Both the position numbers and the translations under genes were made by a program. From assembly GCF_006345805.1 (NCBI RefSeq), contig NC_043012.1, forward strand, positions 17,422,001 to 17,486,000: a stretch of DNA of 64,000 nucleotides, given 5' to 3'. The DNA comes from Octopus sinensis (Eukaryota). Each line of letters starts with the position of its first letter. The first letter of the stretch is position 1. Positions 40,256 to 54,955 of this stretch are shown here, piece by piece. Below the pieces are notes generated by a model. It ran no database searches. It saw only the letters and a list, made by a program, of their open reading frames with translations, and was not told the DNA's origin.

Positions 40256-40712
40256 TAATAATAACAACAACAACTGGAAGCCACAGAAAATGAGCTAAAG
40301 AATTGAAAAAAAAAAATCGTGAACGTTTGTATCGCTTAAAAACAAAAACAAAAAAAAAACAAAAAAGGAAATAAAAGCAAAAAAAAAATTCCATCTCCGT
40401 ACGTACAGTCAAAGTATTCCTTTCAACGTTTACTCTCTCTTGACGTCCTGTTCATTCTTGCTTTATTCTCCACTCTAGCCTTGTCATTTTGAATTTAGAA
40501 GAAAACATCTCTGCGAATACCTCCATTTTCTACCACCCACTGTATTTTCAACTCGAAAATGTCAGCTGCCATGATATACCTAATTAACATTATATCTCTC
40601 ATATTGCCTCTTCTGATTTAATAACTTGATTTTATAATTAAACTGAAACTCGCTGTGACACTGAAAGGGATCCAGCAAGACAGAATTATTTATATTCCTG
40701 CATACATACATG

Positions 40713-40746
<34 letters not shown>

Positions 40747-40861
40747 TACATACATACATACATGCATACATACATACATACATACATACAACATACATAC
40801 ATACATACATACATACAAACATACATACATACATAAATACATAATGCATAATTACATACAC

Positions 40862-40905
<44 letters not shown>

Positions 40906-40953
40906 TATATATAATATATATAAATAGGTATACATGTATGTGATGTATATGTA

Positions 40954-41000
<47 letters not shown>

Positions 41001-41003
41001 TTA

Positions 41004-41038
<35 letters not shown>

Positions 41039-41074
41039 GTATATCGTGTATATGTGTGCATATATGTATGTATA

Positions 41075-41121
<47 letters not shown>

Positions 41122-41256
41122 TATGTGTGTATGTCTGTATATATATATATATGTATATATATATACACACACACAAGCGCATACGCACACCCAAACACAT
41201 ACACACACTCAAACACACCACACACACACGCACACACAGACACACACGCACACACA

Positions 41257-41302
<46 letters not shown>

Positions 41303-41581
41303 ATTACCATTTTGTTGTGCTTCACAGTTCAACGGTTAAATTATAATAAATTTTAATTATTATTGAATGTAATTAATAAGTATAAATCCCGCCAACTCAC
41401 CCCACCCAATAAAAACATAGGAAAATCGATGGAGCAATAAAAATTGACGGTCATATACAGCTCTCCGGTCACTCTCTCTCTCACTCTCTTTCTCTCTCTT
41501 CTCTTTTGCTCTCTGTTTTTATATGTATATATATATATATATATATATCGATAGACACACACACATATATGTATGTAATTA

Positions 41582-41628
<47 letters not shown>

Positions 41629-42374
41629 CAAAGACATACCCACAAATATACATACGCGTATACATAAATATATAGAGATATATAAACACATATACGTATA
41701 TATATATAGTTAGATATAGATATAGAAAGATATATAGATATATACACGCACACACATATATATACACGCACACACACATATGTATATACACTCGCATATA
41801 TATATATATATATGTATATATAAGTACACGAATATTCTTAGAGATACACACACACACATGTATGTATAAAAATGTGGAGAGAGAGAGGGGGAGGGAGAGA
41901 GCGCGAGTATGCGAATGAGACTGACAGACTGATAGAGAGAGAGATATCTCTTCTAATCACCATTTTGTATTTAATATTAAAAGTCTCTTTGCCAAAGCTG
42001 CAACATTAGCCATTGTGTTTAAGATCTTTGAGATAAACGTTATAGACTGAAAAAGTCAGTAAAAACAACGTCCACCAGATTGTTTGAAGCGATTGTCTCG
42101 AATAAGAGACTTTAGTCTGGGAGTGCAGGAGAATGGAATGAAGAATTATCAAAAGCCAATACGCAAAGCCCGAATCTTCGCTAGAAGGATTTCATTGCAT
42201 CAATAGAGAAATCTTTTAGACGACTTTAATTAATACGACGTTTCAGGGTAAATTAGCGTAACATTACTGATAATCGAACTAATCCTATTAATCCAGAGGA
42301 ATCGTATATTTTTTTTTCCTTTTGAAGTTCTCTGATTATTTAGTTGAGTGTTTATATGACGCCCGCATATCGAT

Positions 42375-42411
<37 letters not shown>

Positions 42412-43619
42412 GCGCGTGTAAGCGTGCGTGTGCGTGCGTGCCTGTATATGTGTGTGTGTCTCGAGTTTATGAATGTGTCTGTGCTTGCTATTGATAATAT
42501 GACTATAATCCAAGTTTGTATGTCTTCAGAACTACAAGCAATCCCAGAGATGCGATGGAAATTTAGATACGCATTGTTCCCCATCGTATATAAATGGCCA
42601 TTATGTATTCGATTTCAGACGGATGAAAAGGAAAATAGTCCGATTGGATTTGAACCATAATCGTTACCCTCGAGTGTGTAAGATTTGGCAGAATGTACTA
42701 TCAGTTTGCTAGTTTAGACCCCTATGTAATTTATAGTATCATAGATGCCCACATGCCTCCATCCAAATAGCATATCATCGAAGATATAGCATCTAGGAAG
42801 AAAGGAGCGAGAGCAAATGGACAGAGATAGGGAGAGGGAGATAAAGAGAGGGAGAAAGCGATAAAAGCAGCACGAAAGAGAGGGGAGGAGAGAGAAAACT
42901 GAAACATCAAACTTTGTAATCATTCCAACGGATCTGATTTGAGCAACTTGAAAAGAAATACCTTGCTCAAAAATGTAACGTACCGCCCTGTCCACGAATC
43001 GAACACCCGAACTCATGATTGTCAGACAAATACACTACTGCAAGCCACACGCAGTCACATATCTTGGAGAGGAGCGAAATTATGGTTATCTTATAAGACA
43101 TTATGAGAGCGGTTACACCTATGTCTATATACAACACTTTCTTTACCTGATGCAAGTTCGAGGGACATCTAAAATGTTATGGATTATTTTAACCATGAAC
43201 GACTCTGATTAATTGAGATGTGACGAATCAACCTAATGGCCTCGGGTCGGCACACCACCTGAAGAGCTCGAAACAGGTGGAAACCTGATGATGCAAGGCC
43301 TGGCTTATATGGAAACTGAGGCAATGTTTTCTCTCCGGGCCCCATCAACATCTGCTGCGTGTGCAGTCAAGCACTGTGATGAACCCCAAGATCCTTACAG
43401 TTAGAAAGTTTTATGACGCGCTTGGTGGATCGTCATCTTTAACCTGTTCAGATTGTCACAGTACAAATCCGTATCGATGATTCTGTTTGTGGAAAAAACC
43501 TCGTGAAAACAACCTTCCAATCATATCAATTTGAAAGCATGCCCTTCTTTTAGCGAAATCCTCTTCTGGGGAATGTTTGTGGTGGTTCGCCACGCTTATT
43601 CATGATCGTTTGCAATTCC

Positions 43620-44150
43620 ATTTTCGACCAGTTTACCGTTCTCTTCAGAGAATGGTCATTTCCTTCACGCATCTGCAAAGAATCGCAGATGAACATTCAT
43701 TGAGCTAAGCTCTCCTAATTCAATTGCTGTGCAATATAAACTCTCCATTTGGATGCTTTCGGGAACATCCGCGATCGTGCTGGTCGTATAACTGGGGCTA
43801 GTATTAACTAGCTCCTTCTCGTTGTTGCTGCTAATCTCAGTTGGCCATCCAGAGCGAAGTGCAACTTGAATGGGAAAAGCCCCTGATCGAAAACTTGAAA
43901 CAGCACTTCTGGCACACACGTTCCGTAATGGCATCCTCTCCGCAAACACTACACATCTTCCTGCAGTTTTCACTTGAATTTTTGGCGCTTTTTTTAATGA
44001 AAAAAAAAATGACATTTCTATCGTATGTGTTATGACTCTTTATATTCATGGTGATCTCAAGCACTCAACGCGTCGAACTACCTTAGTGTGTCGGGTATTT
44101 AACGAATACGCATGAGCAAAGCAAAAAAAACGTGATCGGTTTCAAATGAC
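43620..44150 (-). mobile_element. Decayed mariner transposase N-terminal region
   Basis: RKMCSVCGEDAITERVCQK..FRSGAF..LRSGWPTEI..YTTSTIADV match mariner HTH regions; frameshifted. Confidence 0.8.
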
Positions 44151-45154
44151 TATGCATCCTGAGAGGAAAAAAGCATTAGAACTTTTTGGTAAACCCAATA
44201 ATATCTGGGGTTTTACTGAGCAGGAGAGGAGACAGAGAGTAGAATGTTATGATTTATGCAGGAGAAAGTTGGATCAAATGTCTTGTAGTATTTAGTTAAA
44301 TCAAAATTCTGGATTCAATTCGATTTTGCTTTTCATACTTTCAAGAAATTGAGTGCCATTCATGAACTCTTGACTAATTAATCATTTACACCCCAATATA
44401 TTATATTGCGCCAATGTCAGAAATCAATATTACTGTTTGATAAGTGCAATGGAATAGGAGAAACGGCAATAGTAAAGTGAATGAGACGGTTTGCGAAATT
44501 TGGTTTCAGTCCTTCACTTAGTGTGATCATTCATAGCATAAGAAGACTGGAAATCCTGACTAATTCCTCTTCCCAATACTACCCATCTCCCTCCTTCTCA
44601 CTCGTCTCCCGACTCACCACTTCCACTCCTTTCTATACCTTGGTCCCTTCCGCCCTCATCTTCTTGCTCTAACATTTCTGTCTCTTCTTTCTCTTCCTTG
44701 CTTCAACACTGCCCCCCTCTACTTGAGTTGCCTAGTTCGTCCTTTGACTTATTTCTGTTGGCCTTCCTCTTCGCCTGCTTTATCTTTGAATTTCCCTGCA
44801 TTATCATTTGAAGACCGGTTCACCGAATGTTTATATTCATCATCCACCGGTTGCATATTCTCGATATTTTGCAAACAGCATCTGCCAATATTATTACTAT
44901 TACGTAAATCCGAGCCCCCAGAAACAGCTGTCGGACCTGATATAGCATAACTTCTCCCCTTTCTTTTTCGGTGTCTTTGTACAGTGTGTAAACTTGTTCT
45001 CTTAATGCATAAATATATATTTATCACATGATATATACCTTGTCCAAGTGGCTTTATTTGCTTATCTGCATCATAACTTCCTTTCGCTCTCCCCCTCTTT
45101 CTCTCTTTGTGTATGTATATATATATATATGATATATATATACACACACACGTG

Positions 45155-45422
45155 AAGGCACATGATTCAATCGTTAGAGCATCGAGCTTACGATTGTGAG
45201 GTTGTGAGTTCGATTCTCGGACCGGGCCGCGTGTTGTGTTCTTGAGCAAGACACTTTATTTCACGTTGTAGAAATGAGTTGCAATATCAGTTGTGTGGAG
45301 AGGGGAGGCTGGTATGCATGGGTGACTGCTGGCCTCCCACAAACAACCTTGCCCGGACTTGTGCCTCGGAGGGTAACTTTCTAGGTGCAATCCCATGGTC
45401 ATTCATGACCGAAGGGGGGTCT
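45155..45422 (+). mobile_element. tRNA-derived SINE family C, full length, CORE-like centre
   Basis: B box GAGTTCGATTCTC; TGTTCTTGAGCAAGACACTTTA resembles the start of the CORE domain. Confidence 0.75.
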
Positions 45423-45469
45423 CTCTGTCTCTGTCTCTGTCTCTGTCTCTCAGTCTCTCTCTGTGTCTC

Positions 45470-45690
45470 TCTCTCCTTGTCTCTCTCTCTTTATGTATAT
45501 ATATATATATATATATATACAAGAAGTGTTTCCGCACCATTTCCGTCTACCAATTTTATTCACAAGGTATTGAACGGTCCCTGACTATAGAAAACAAAAT
45601 TTACCCGAGGTGCCTCGCATTGGCACTGGGCCCATAACCATATGGTTGCAGAACAAGTTTCTTAACCTACAGCCATACTTGCACCTAACC
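45470..45690 (-). mobile_element. Old SINE family A, 5' half
   Basis: Diverged reverse complement of the family A head. Confidence 0.55.
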
Positions 45691-48072
45691 ATACACCCAT
45701 GCCTAACTCTAACCTTACTGTGGCTGGAAGACCTGCTTCACTTCCATTTACATTATCGACATGTAGTACAGGATCACATAGATTTAAGTTCTTTATATAC
45801 GTCCCATATGATCAGCGTAGAGGTTTTTGTCATGCCTATGGGAATAAATAAATAACTATCAGCCAAGTTCTATAACCGATTAAATCGACCACGAACTTTC
45901 TTTACCTAAAATCAATGTTAAAAATCTTTATTATAAGTAATAGCTACCGTTTAATTATCTCATACTAATAAGCTAAGTGAAATCAAGAATAAATCAATAA
46001 CAAATTTAATCTAAATGGGTATTTTACAGGAATTTAAAGAGTTGTATAGTAAATGTGTTTTTTGTATTAACTTCAAGACCCATGATGTTTTAACATTTTA
46101 TATACTTCATCATGTAGGTACGAGTTTGGTGGTGTGTTATGAAACTTGTCTGTCAAAAACCCTTCAAGACTGTGGTGCTCCAGTATGGGGCCGCAGTCCA
46201 GTGACTGAAGCAAGTAAAAGATAAAATGCGATGTGAATAAACGCAGAGGTCAGTGAAATGTAAGAAAAGGAAGTGGCGGGATCTTAAATCTCTCCAGATT
46301 CAATTCTGTCTTTCATACTCCTGGATCTGGTAAAATGTATATCAGTAAAATTCAGAAAGTAAAACGAATCGATATGAAATGTTTCATAATGATAAGGCAT
46401 GTATTATGGTTCTATATTATACACTCTCCTTAAAAATTGTACATTTTGGAATCCTAGATTCTTGCGTTTAAAATGTATCCACCGTTATGAGATACCATTT
46501 AATTCTCCTTATAAATTTAATGTTGTTCTATATCAAAATAAAAAAGCTAGTGAGCTGGTTGAATTGTTAACGTACCGGTCAAAATACTTAACTGTATTTC
46601 TTCCTGCTTTGCATTCTGAGTTCAAATTTCACCGAGATAGACTTTTCTCTTAATCTTTTGGGGGTCGATACCACAAGTACCAGTGATGTACTGGAGTTAA
46701 TGTAATCGACGACCCTGTCACACCAAATTTCAAACCTTGCGCTTATATTGGAAAAAAGTTATAGATCACAATAAGACCGGCAAATATCACCAGATACATT
46801 AGAGCGTTGATGGCGCCTCCCCGTTTAATGAGTCGAGTATATATAAGAAATGAAACTAACAACTAATAGTCTATACAAGGTGTAGTAACAGCAAGCTCAG
46901 ATTCTTGTGATTAGTAATTCTGAGTTGCAGCACAACGGAATGTAGCTGCCATAAAATAGCACACTTACCGAAAACAAAACAATTTCCGTATGTTTGTTTC
47001 CCTATGTTGTTCTTCATATATCGAGCAGGTTACTAGCAGAATAAACAAACAGAGCTTATTAAACAAAACAGCCAGCATGTTTCTTACAGCATACTTTAGA
47101 AAACGAAAATTGCTGATGCAACTGAATATAAACAATTCTTATTAGCATAGTATATATAAGTAAATACAGTTTGTTTTGATTTGCATATTATGTCTCCTTG
47201 TTTTGGTACACTCTACATTGTTAATATCACCTGTTTTATCAGATTTACGAAATGGCAGAAACGGCTATATTCTAGACTACAAATTCAAGTAGCTAAAGTA
47301 TTGAACCTTATAATAACACTTTGCTGTTAAAACTGTTGCAGTTGTAATTAATATTTCATCAGGCTGAAAGACGTCCATTGTTATGTGTTACACGTAGTAA
47401 AGTTCTTTTAAGATTAAGCAACAAGAATAAACAAACTCTGACAGACACATATTTAAAATGATCCACTCTAAATGTCAGCATTTGCAACTAGGCAAATGCA
47501 ATTTACGTACGTTTGACCTTGTGAAAATAGCAGCTGGATGCTTAAGAAGTCAGCTTTGTAATCGCGAGGTCTTGGTTTCGTTATCTTGAGCTCTTGCTAC
47601 GTGATTTCTTGTGGTATTATTTTTTATAGTTTCGGGTCTACCTGTACTTTGTGAATGAAATTGGGTTGGCGAAAAGTGTATGAAAGCACATCGGATAGCT
47701 TGTGTAATTTAATGTTGTGGGCGTGTGCGGAATACTCTGCCACTTTGACACAAATTCAGTAAGATTACTTAGTTGATTGAAATATTGGACACTCATGGTC
47801 ATAAAATCTGAATGATGTCCTATATTTTTATAAGATCTTTAAAAAAAAGTTGATATTTTCGTTGAAGAATTTCAATAATTTAAAATGAGATGGGATGGTC
47901 ACAATTGAAGCCATCGAGTTGTCTAGAATTAAACACTAATAACAACAACAAAAACAATATAGTGATTGTTATGCAAATGAGAATGGTTTATTTTGCATTG
48001 GAACAGGATGACTGAGTTAAATGCAGCAGGCATAACACTGAGTTTCACCAGAAATTTAAAGATGTACTTTTA

Positions 48073-48175
<103 letters not shown>

Positions 48176-48321
48176 GCTCACATATATGCACATATATCGA
48201 TATGTATATAAATGCACACACACACACACACATTTAGAAAAGTAATAGAGGTAAATAAACAAGAAGGCGTAATGTGTGTTTTACACGGAATACAACTGAA
48301 CGAATAAAATAATATAATTTT

Positions 48322-48366
48322 CTTATCTTAACACCTGTTACAGAAAAAAGAAGGTGTTAAGATAAG
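48322..48366. other. Perfect 15-bp inverted repeat with 15-nt loop
   Basis: CTTATCTTAACACCT ... AGGTGTTAAGATAAG. Confidence 0.9.
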
Positions 48367-49206
48367 TCGTATCATGACCATCTCTATTATGTAATAAAGA
48401 TCCAGAATGCCAAGGGTGTATGGATTAACACGAAATTTATAGCTCAGTGAAACAAAAACATATCATCCAGTTAAGAAGATGGCTAATAGCGAAAATATTC
48501 TGCTATTACTTAGAATTTTCCGATGATAATAAGATTTCGACTCACTGTTCTATCAGAGTTCGTGTATTCCACACAGCTTCGATATTAGGGGTCTTTATTG
48601 CATACTAGACGCGGTTATGGAACAAGTCATGGTTTATCCGAAACAGCTGTCAAGATAAGAATATTAAATCATTTTATTTTATTTGTATTCTTTGTAAATT
48701 GCATTCATTACGTCTATTTGTGTTTATCTGCCTATTTTACTTTTTTACACGGTCGGCAAAGTTCCTTCATAAATCTCACTTCCTACACCGGAGCTACCAG
48801 TTCCCATTCAGGAGCTGTTATATAAGTTTTCATTTATCTCAGCACTGCTTGGTGTTATATGTATACCACGCTTGCTTTAAAGGTTTCCCACACACATGTA
48901 TGCATAATATAAATCTTGATTCCTTCATAATTTAGTGGCTGTCTTATATTTATGGAGTGACTGATTATTCATCTATGTAGCCATTATATAAAATTTCTTG
49001 CCGTCCTTTCGTAGTTCCCATACTATTTCAACAGAGAAATGCCATCGAAGAACACCTGGTCTAGGGAATCTTTAAGAAATATATCGACATAATTTACCGA
49101 AATATTTCTCTCTCTCTCCTACTCAATCTACATCCTCGCATCTGTATACATACATATTTATACAAATATATATATACACACACATACATGCTTGTATGAA
49201 TACATG

Positions 49207-49254
<48 letters not shown>

Positions 49255-50439
49255 TATTACACGCACCTGCACACACACACACACACACACTTACACATAC
49301 AACTCGACCGCCCCACATATATATATATATCGAAATATTTTCCAGTAAACCATAACTCAAAATGTATTCAGTACATTATATATGCAGACTTAATATTTCT
49401 TTTATTAATGAGGCAATACCTGACAACGGCGTAGTTGTTGCTATACATTTGTGTATCTCTTCAAAGGTAAGAATGAACGTACGATAAAACCACAGCTTTT
49501 ACATAACTATTAACACACATTCACACACTCACATTCGCACACTCACTCTTCTGAACACATACACACACACAGACACAAATATAAAAATAAACGAACAACA
49601 TTGTACAAGCAGCAAGCGAAGAATGTTGCTTCTTAGAAGCCATCATAAATATATACACATATCTTATAGTCGAGATGTTTATTATGTTATTGGTATTAAA
49701 ATAAAACTTTGCAGTTCAGAAGCTTCTGACTATACTGTAGCTATACACATCACCCTGTTTCTTTTTACCCATAAATATTCTCTGTGTAAACGCTAACTTC
49801 AAACATTTCACACAGGAAATCTACTGATCACATACAGTTGCATTTAAATTTCTACTTTCCTTCAGGCACACCGTAATTTTCTACATAGTCCTATATAAAA
49901 TATACATGGTCCTCTCTCACCACACGCTTCTGTTCAAAAAGCTTTCCCAGAGGATATGGACAAACGGTCGCTGCATCGGGTTTTATATTAGAATCGTGTA
50001 ACTTTATATGAAGTAATGAATGCATGAAAATTTGATATCTATAATATGTGTATGAATAATCATGCCTAATTATTTATGTATGAATTCTTTTAAGTGGTTG
50101 TAATTTTCCTCGTTCTTATTTCTTTATCATTGTAGATTTATGCATGCATACGAAAGCAAATATGTGTGTGTGTATGTGTGTGTATATGTCAGCATGTGTG
50201 TACGTGTGTATGTGTGTGTGTGTGCATGTGTGTGTATTTTATACGTGTATAAATGTATATAAATGAATATTTATAAATAAATACAAATGTGCGTATATAT
50301 ATGTGTGTGTGTGTGTGTGTATTTTTATGCATGAAAATGTATATATGCATGTAAATACACACACACACAGACACACACACACACATATATATACATACAA
50401 GCACAAAAATGTATTTATTTCTGTCTGTCTGTCTCTCTG

Positions 50440-50512
<73 letters not shown>

Positions 50513-51233
50513 ATATCTGTCTATCTATCTATACATACATACATATATCTATATACACACACACGTCTATGTAAAGTGTTGTATGAGCATATGTATGCTT
50601 AACTGTGTAAGTAAATCCACACAGTTATGCTAGTTGTTAGTGATTGTCGATTGATATTAAGCAGAATTGAAATGTGAGAACGAAAATGGCGGACAGGTGA
50701 CAAGGCAACCGGATGCAGTCGCATTCTTTTGCCTCGGGAGAATTCATTTAGTTTGATAAAATAAATTCCAATTAGCGTCAATGTTAGAACATCTGATTCT
50801 GTCGGATAGAGGGTATTATTTTCTTTTCTGTATTCATTATTCGGTGATGAGAATGCAGTTTGCAGCATACCACTCCTAAATTATCGTGAAATTTACTGAT
50901 GTAGTTATGTGCAACGTTTACGATCAAATTTGAAGAGCCTTCCAGGGAGCCGTGCGTAGTTATTCGACCAGCTTGTATTTTGTGCCAAATTTCCTTGAAT
51001 TCCACGTATTACATTGATGAAAAGCACGAGGGATACATTGCAGTGCTGGAGAGCGTTTTGCCTAAATACATAAAATAAAAAAGAAATAGAATTGTCTTGA
51101 ACTTCTTTCCGCGGAATTCGAAACAAATCGATCAAAACAACAATAAACACATGTTTGATGTTTAAAATCGTTCTGCCACCTTCTTTATCACTATTATCCC
51201 ACATATATTTAGAGAGTGGTGTAGTTATTAGTC

Positions 51234-51446
51234 TTTACTCTTTTACTTGTTTCAGTCCTTTGACTGCGGCCATGCTGGAGCACCGCCCTTAATCGAGCAA
51301 CTCGACCCCGGGACTTATTCTTTTGTAAGCCCAGTACTTATTCTATCGGTCTCTTTTACCGAACCGCTAAGTAACGGGGACATAAACACACCAGCATCGG
51401 TTGTCAAGCAATGCTAAGGGGACAAACACAGACACACAAACACACA

Positions 51447-51495
<49 letters not shown>

Positions 51496-51655
51496 GACAG
51501 GCTTCTTTCAGTTTCCGTCTACTAAATCCACTCACAAGGCTCTGGTCGGCCCGAGGCTATAGTAGAAGACACTTGTTCAAGATGTCACGCAGTGGGACTG
51601 AACCCGGAACCATGTGGTTGGTAAACAAGCTACTTACCACACTGCCACTCCTGCG
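51234..51655 (-). mobile_element. SINE family A, young full-length copy
   Basis: Head GCAGGAGTGGCAGTGTGG..GGGTTCAGTCCC through tail GAAACAAGTAAAAGAG. Confidence 0.9.
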
Positions 51656-51964
51656 TATTTTAGTATTTTAGAGTAGTAATGGGGGATTTATAATGTTTGA
51701 GAAGGTGATTGTGAAATTGTTTCATTGCTACGCCGATGTGTGCACGAAGAAGTAACTATATAAGAAGAAATCAACTTTAAAATCTGTCATTACTTATACG
51801 CCAGCACCCATAAACACCACTCCAGTATTAGTTAACTGATAGAGGCAACAAAGTAACGTTTGTAATGTCATTAAAAATATAGTTACACTTACAAGAATGT
51901 GAAACCTCATTGGTGAACATGTATATTTTTCCTGATGCCGGTCCGGTGTTTTAATGTGTTAATG

Positions 51965-53620
51965 GATTATGGCAGTGGCTCCATTTTTTTCTGGATGTTC
52001 GTACATTGAATCTGCGAGTATTCTCGTCAATAACTTCCACATAAGTGGCAAACAGGATATCGACCTGCAATTATCTACCGTATTGCCTTTTTCGATGTTT
52101 TTCATTCACAGCACTGTCCTACCCAATGTCAACCACTCTGGTGTTGCTTGGTCGGCATTTAACAAGATGGTGAGTTGCGCAGCTATTCGTGCATGACATT
52201 CACCAAATCTTTTGATCCAGTAGCTTTGAACTCCATCTGGTCCCGGGGCCTTCTAGTTGCTCATTTTCTTGCTGATTTCCTTCACTACTCTAACTGAAAT
52301 GACTAGTTATGCCTGTTTTGGACACATTATTGTTTTAGTTTTTGCAACCATTCAGCATCCTTCTTGTGCTCCTTGTCTTTTCTCTAAATGTCCCTCCAAA
52401 ACATTTGACTTTCAATTATCTGGTATCAATTTTCATCTGTATACCCTCCATTTATTTCTTTATAGAATCTCTTCTGATCTACTCTGAATAACCTATTCCG
52501 GAGGTAACCCTTCATTCTTTGGTCGTATCTTACCATCTTTGCTTTCTTTGCAACGAGGTGCTGGTTCAGTTCCTCTACAACTAATTTCAGGCCCCTTCTT
52601 TCAATATTATGCTTCCTTTTTTTTCGCTTTTAAGCCTCCCTTTCTCTTTTCGGTCTAACACAGAGATTTCCTTCGAGAGCATGTCTAACCCTGCCTGGAA
52701 TATTCTTTTCCACCATGGATCTTCTCTTTTGTCACTCTCATTGTTTCTTTTTCTTGACATCAACACCCACATTTTCTGCTACAACAATACTTGCTGCCTT
52801 TATCAAATTATTTGTTTCTGTGATGTTTGTTCTGACGTATTTCAGAATTCCATTGGCATATTTCGTTTCTTGGTTCAATTTCCATCGATCGACCTTTTTA
52901 AGGTTGCAAATAATGTTGCTATCGTTCTCCTGTAGTCTTACCTTTATTCTGTCGTAGATTGCCTTTTGTTAATCTGTCATGTCGCTATTAGTTTTATCGT
53001 CGTCTTTTAGATCATCTATTTGTCTCTCATCAAGTAAACCACCACTGCTCCTTTCCTGTGCTATGAGATTACTCTTATTAGTAAGATCTGCATTTTCATT
53101 CTTATCTATGCTGCTATTGTCCATGACCCGTCCTTTGATTGATAGCTTCTAGCTCTACTTTTGTGAACCAACAATTTTTTCTTATTGCTCTAGCTTGATC
53201 ACATAGTCTCTGTTCCGTGAGTTGAAACAATCCCTTTTTCTCTCCAATAATCATACATACGTTGTTGGTAACTCCTAATTTGAGCACCATTTTCATCTAC
53301 CGGGTTGCTCAGGTAGTAACACTCCATGACCACAGCATTAATTTGTTTGCTCCATCTACGACGTGTGTGGTGATCCCTTTCTGGATATCGACAGGCTGGA
53401 GGCGGACCAGAATCTCTGAGCCTACCGGGTGTAACACTGTCACCATCGTTGGCTTCAGTTTCATTACCACCGTTATTCACAATATTTTGTTTTTTCATTG
53501 TCACTCATATGAGGTAGCGATTATCAGATTGCGCAATTACCAGTGTTTTTATTTTGACACCATCACTAGATGTATCATTATGAGACCACAAGAAGACTCC
53601 ACCCGTTTCTTTCATAATGA
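51965..53620 (-). mobile_element. Decayed R4/Dong-like LINE, N-terminus to start of RT, 5' end beside (TAT)n
   Basis: [75 protein letters not shown]; many stops. Confidence 0.85.
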
Positions 53621-53648
53621 TAATAATTATTATTATCATCATTATTTC

Positions 53649-53681
<33 letters not shown>

Positions 53682-54289
53682 CATCATCATCATTATTATC
53701 ATGATCATCATCATGATCATCATTGATATCACTGGTATTATTGTTTTTATGTGTAGTAGTAGCAGTGGTTGCAGCAACAGTAGCAGTAGTGGGTGTAGTG
53801 GTAGGCGTGGTAGTTGGGCCTCAGATTCCTGCGCTATCATAATTGTAGGAGTTGTATTAAAAGTATTTAATATCAGCAGCTGTAGCATATTATTTTAGAT
53901 TTTTTTTCCTTATCACCATCATCACAACTAGTTGGGCAGCAGATTGGTGAATAGATCATATTCTACAGGTCTATAAATAGATTCAGCAGATGATGGAGAG
54001 GTCAGCCATAGAGACCAAAGGATCTTGGCAACCCTTCGGTTCAGCAGAGGTTAAATGTGTTTACAACTACCAGTGGCCGCTGACAGCGCTGCCTTGAAAA
54101 GAAGCAATTCAACCCGTTCTAGTCCATCGTTCTTTGATTGGCTGTGTTATGGTTTCGTTTTTTCAGTATTTACTTTTTGACCTAACAACGCTCATTGACA
54201 TGTGTTGATGTTTCTTTCATATTCCTCATTATTATTGATGTGTAAGAGAGACCGAAAAGAGATAGCAATGTGCATATATATATATGGCT

Positions 54290-54660
54290 TTTGTTGGTTT
54301 TTGTTGTTGCCATGCTCCATACTTCCGGACGTTTCCCATCGAGTGCAGATGCGTCTCTATAGCAGTGTGGGAGCATTTCACTTTCTCCGCCAATCCCCTT
54401 GTCGTTTGACAAGAATGTTCATGCAAAAGTTGGACGGCCAGAAAGCGGTGCGCCTTTGGAGTCAAAATTTCAATTTTTTAAAAATTGGCATACCAATTGC
54501 GAGCGGTTCTTTCAGCTATGGCACCCGCTCTGTACACAGCATAACTGCCGCGAGCAGCTTTTGCGGCTTTAGAACCTTGATTACAAGCAAAAAGAAGGAG
54601 GTGTCGAAAATGCTCGTCTGTCTTAACTCGACATTCCATTTTAATGATTTGAAAATAAAC
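54290..54660 (-). mobile_element. Mariner transposase N-terminal remnant
   Basis: EHFRHLLLFACNQGSKAAKAAR..AIAERTARNWYANF..QTTRGLAEKVKCSHTAIETHLHSMGNVRKYGAW. Confidence 0.8.
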
Positions 54661-54955
54661 AAATATTAACTAAAATTAACTAGAAAAGAGACAAAATAGA
54701 TTCCAAAATGATTCAAAAATAGAATTCTCGAAAAAAAAAAAATAGATTCCAAAATTTGAAAACGCAATAAAATCCAAAATTAAAAAAAAAAACGGCGGGA
54801 ACTTAGTTGCCATCTCAATATATTTATCTATCTATCTGTCTAGTTATGTATGTATGTATGTATGTATGTATGTATGTATGTATGTATGTATGTATGTATG
54901 TATGTATGTATGTATGTAGTATGTATCTATTTATCTATCTAATGAACATGAAACA

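Noticed and set aside
43250-43325. CTGAAGAGCTCGAAACAGGTGG and nearby CTGATGA..GAAAC
   Set aside because: Folds as a simple CCACCTG/CAGGTGG hairpin; the would-be cleavage triplet is GUG (not NUH); the second motif lacks stems
44915-44935. GAAACAGCTGTC half-hammerhead
   Set aside because: No CUGANGA upstream and no repeat context
50870-51200. ORF 50905..51204 as a transposase fragment
   Set aside because: No diagnostic motif recognised
53505-53898. ORFs with poly-Ile/poly-Leu looking like membrane proteins
   Set aside because: Trinucleotide low-complexity DNA
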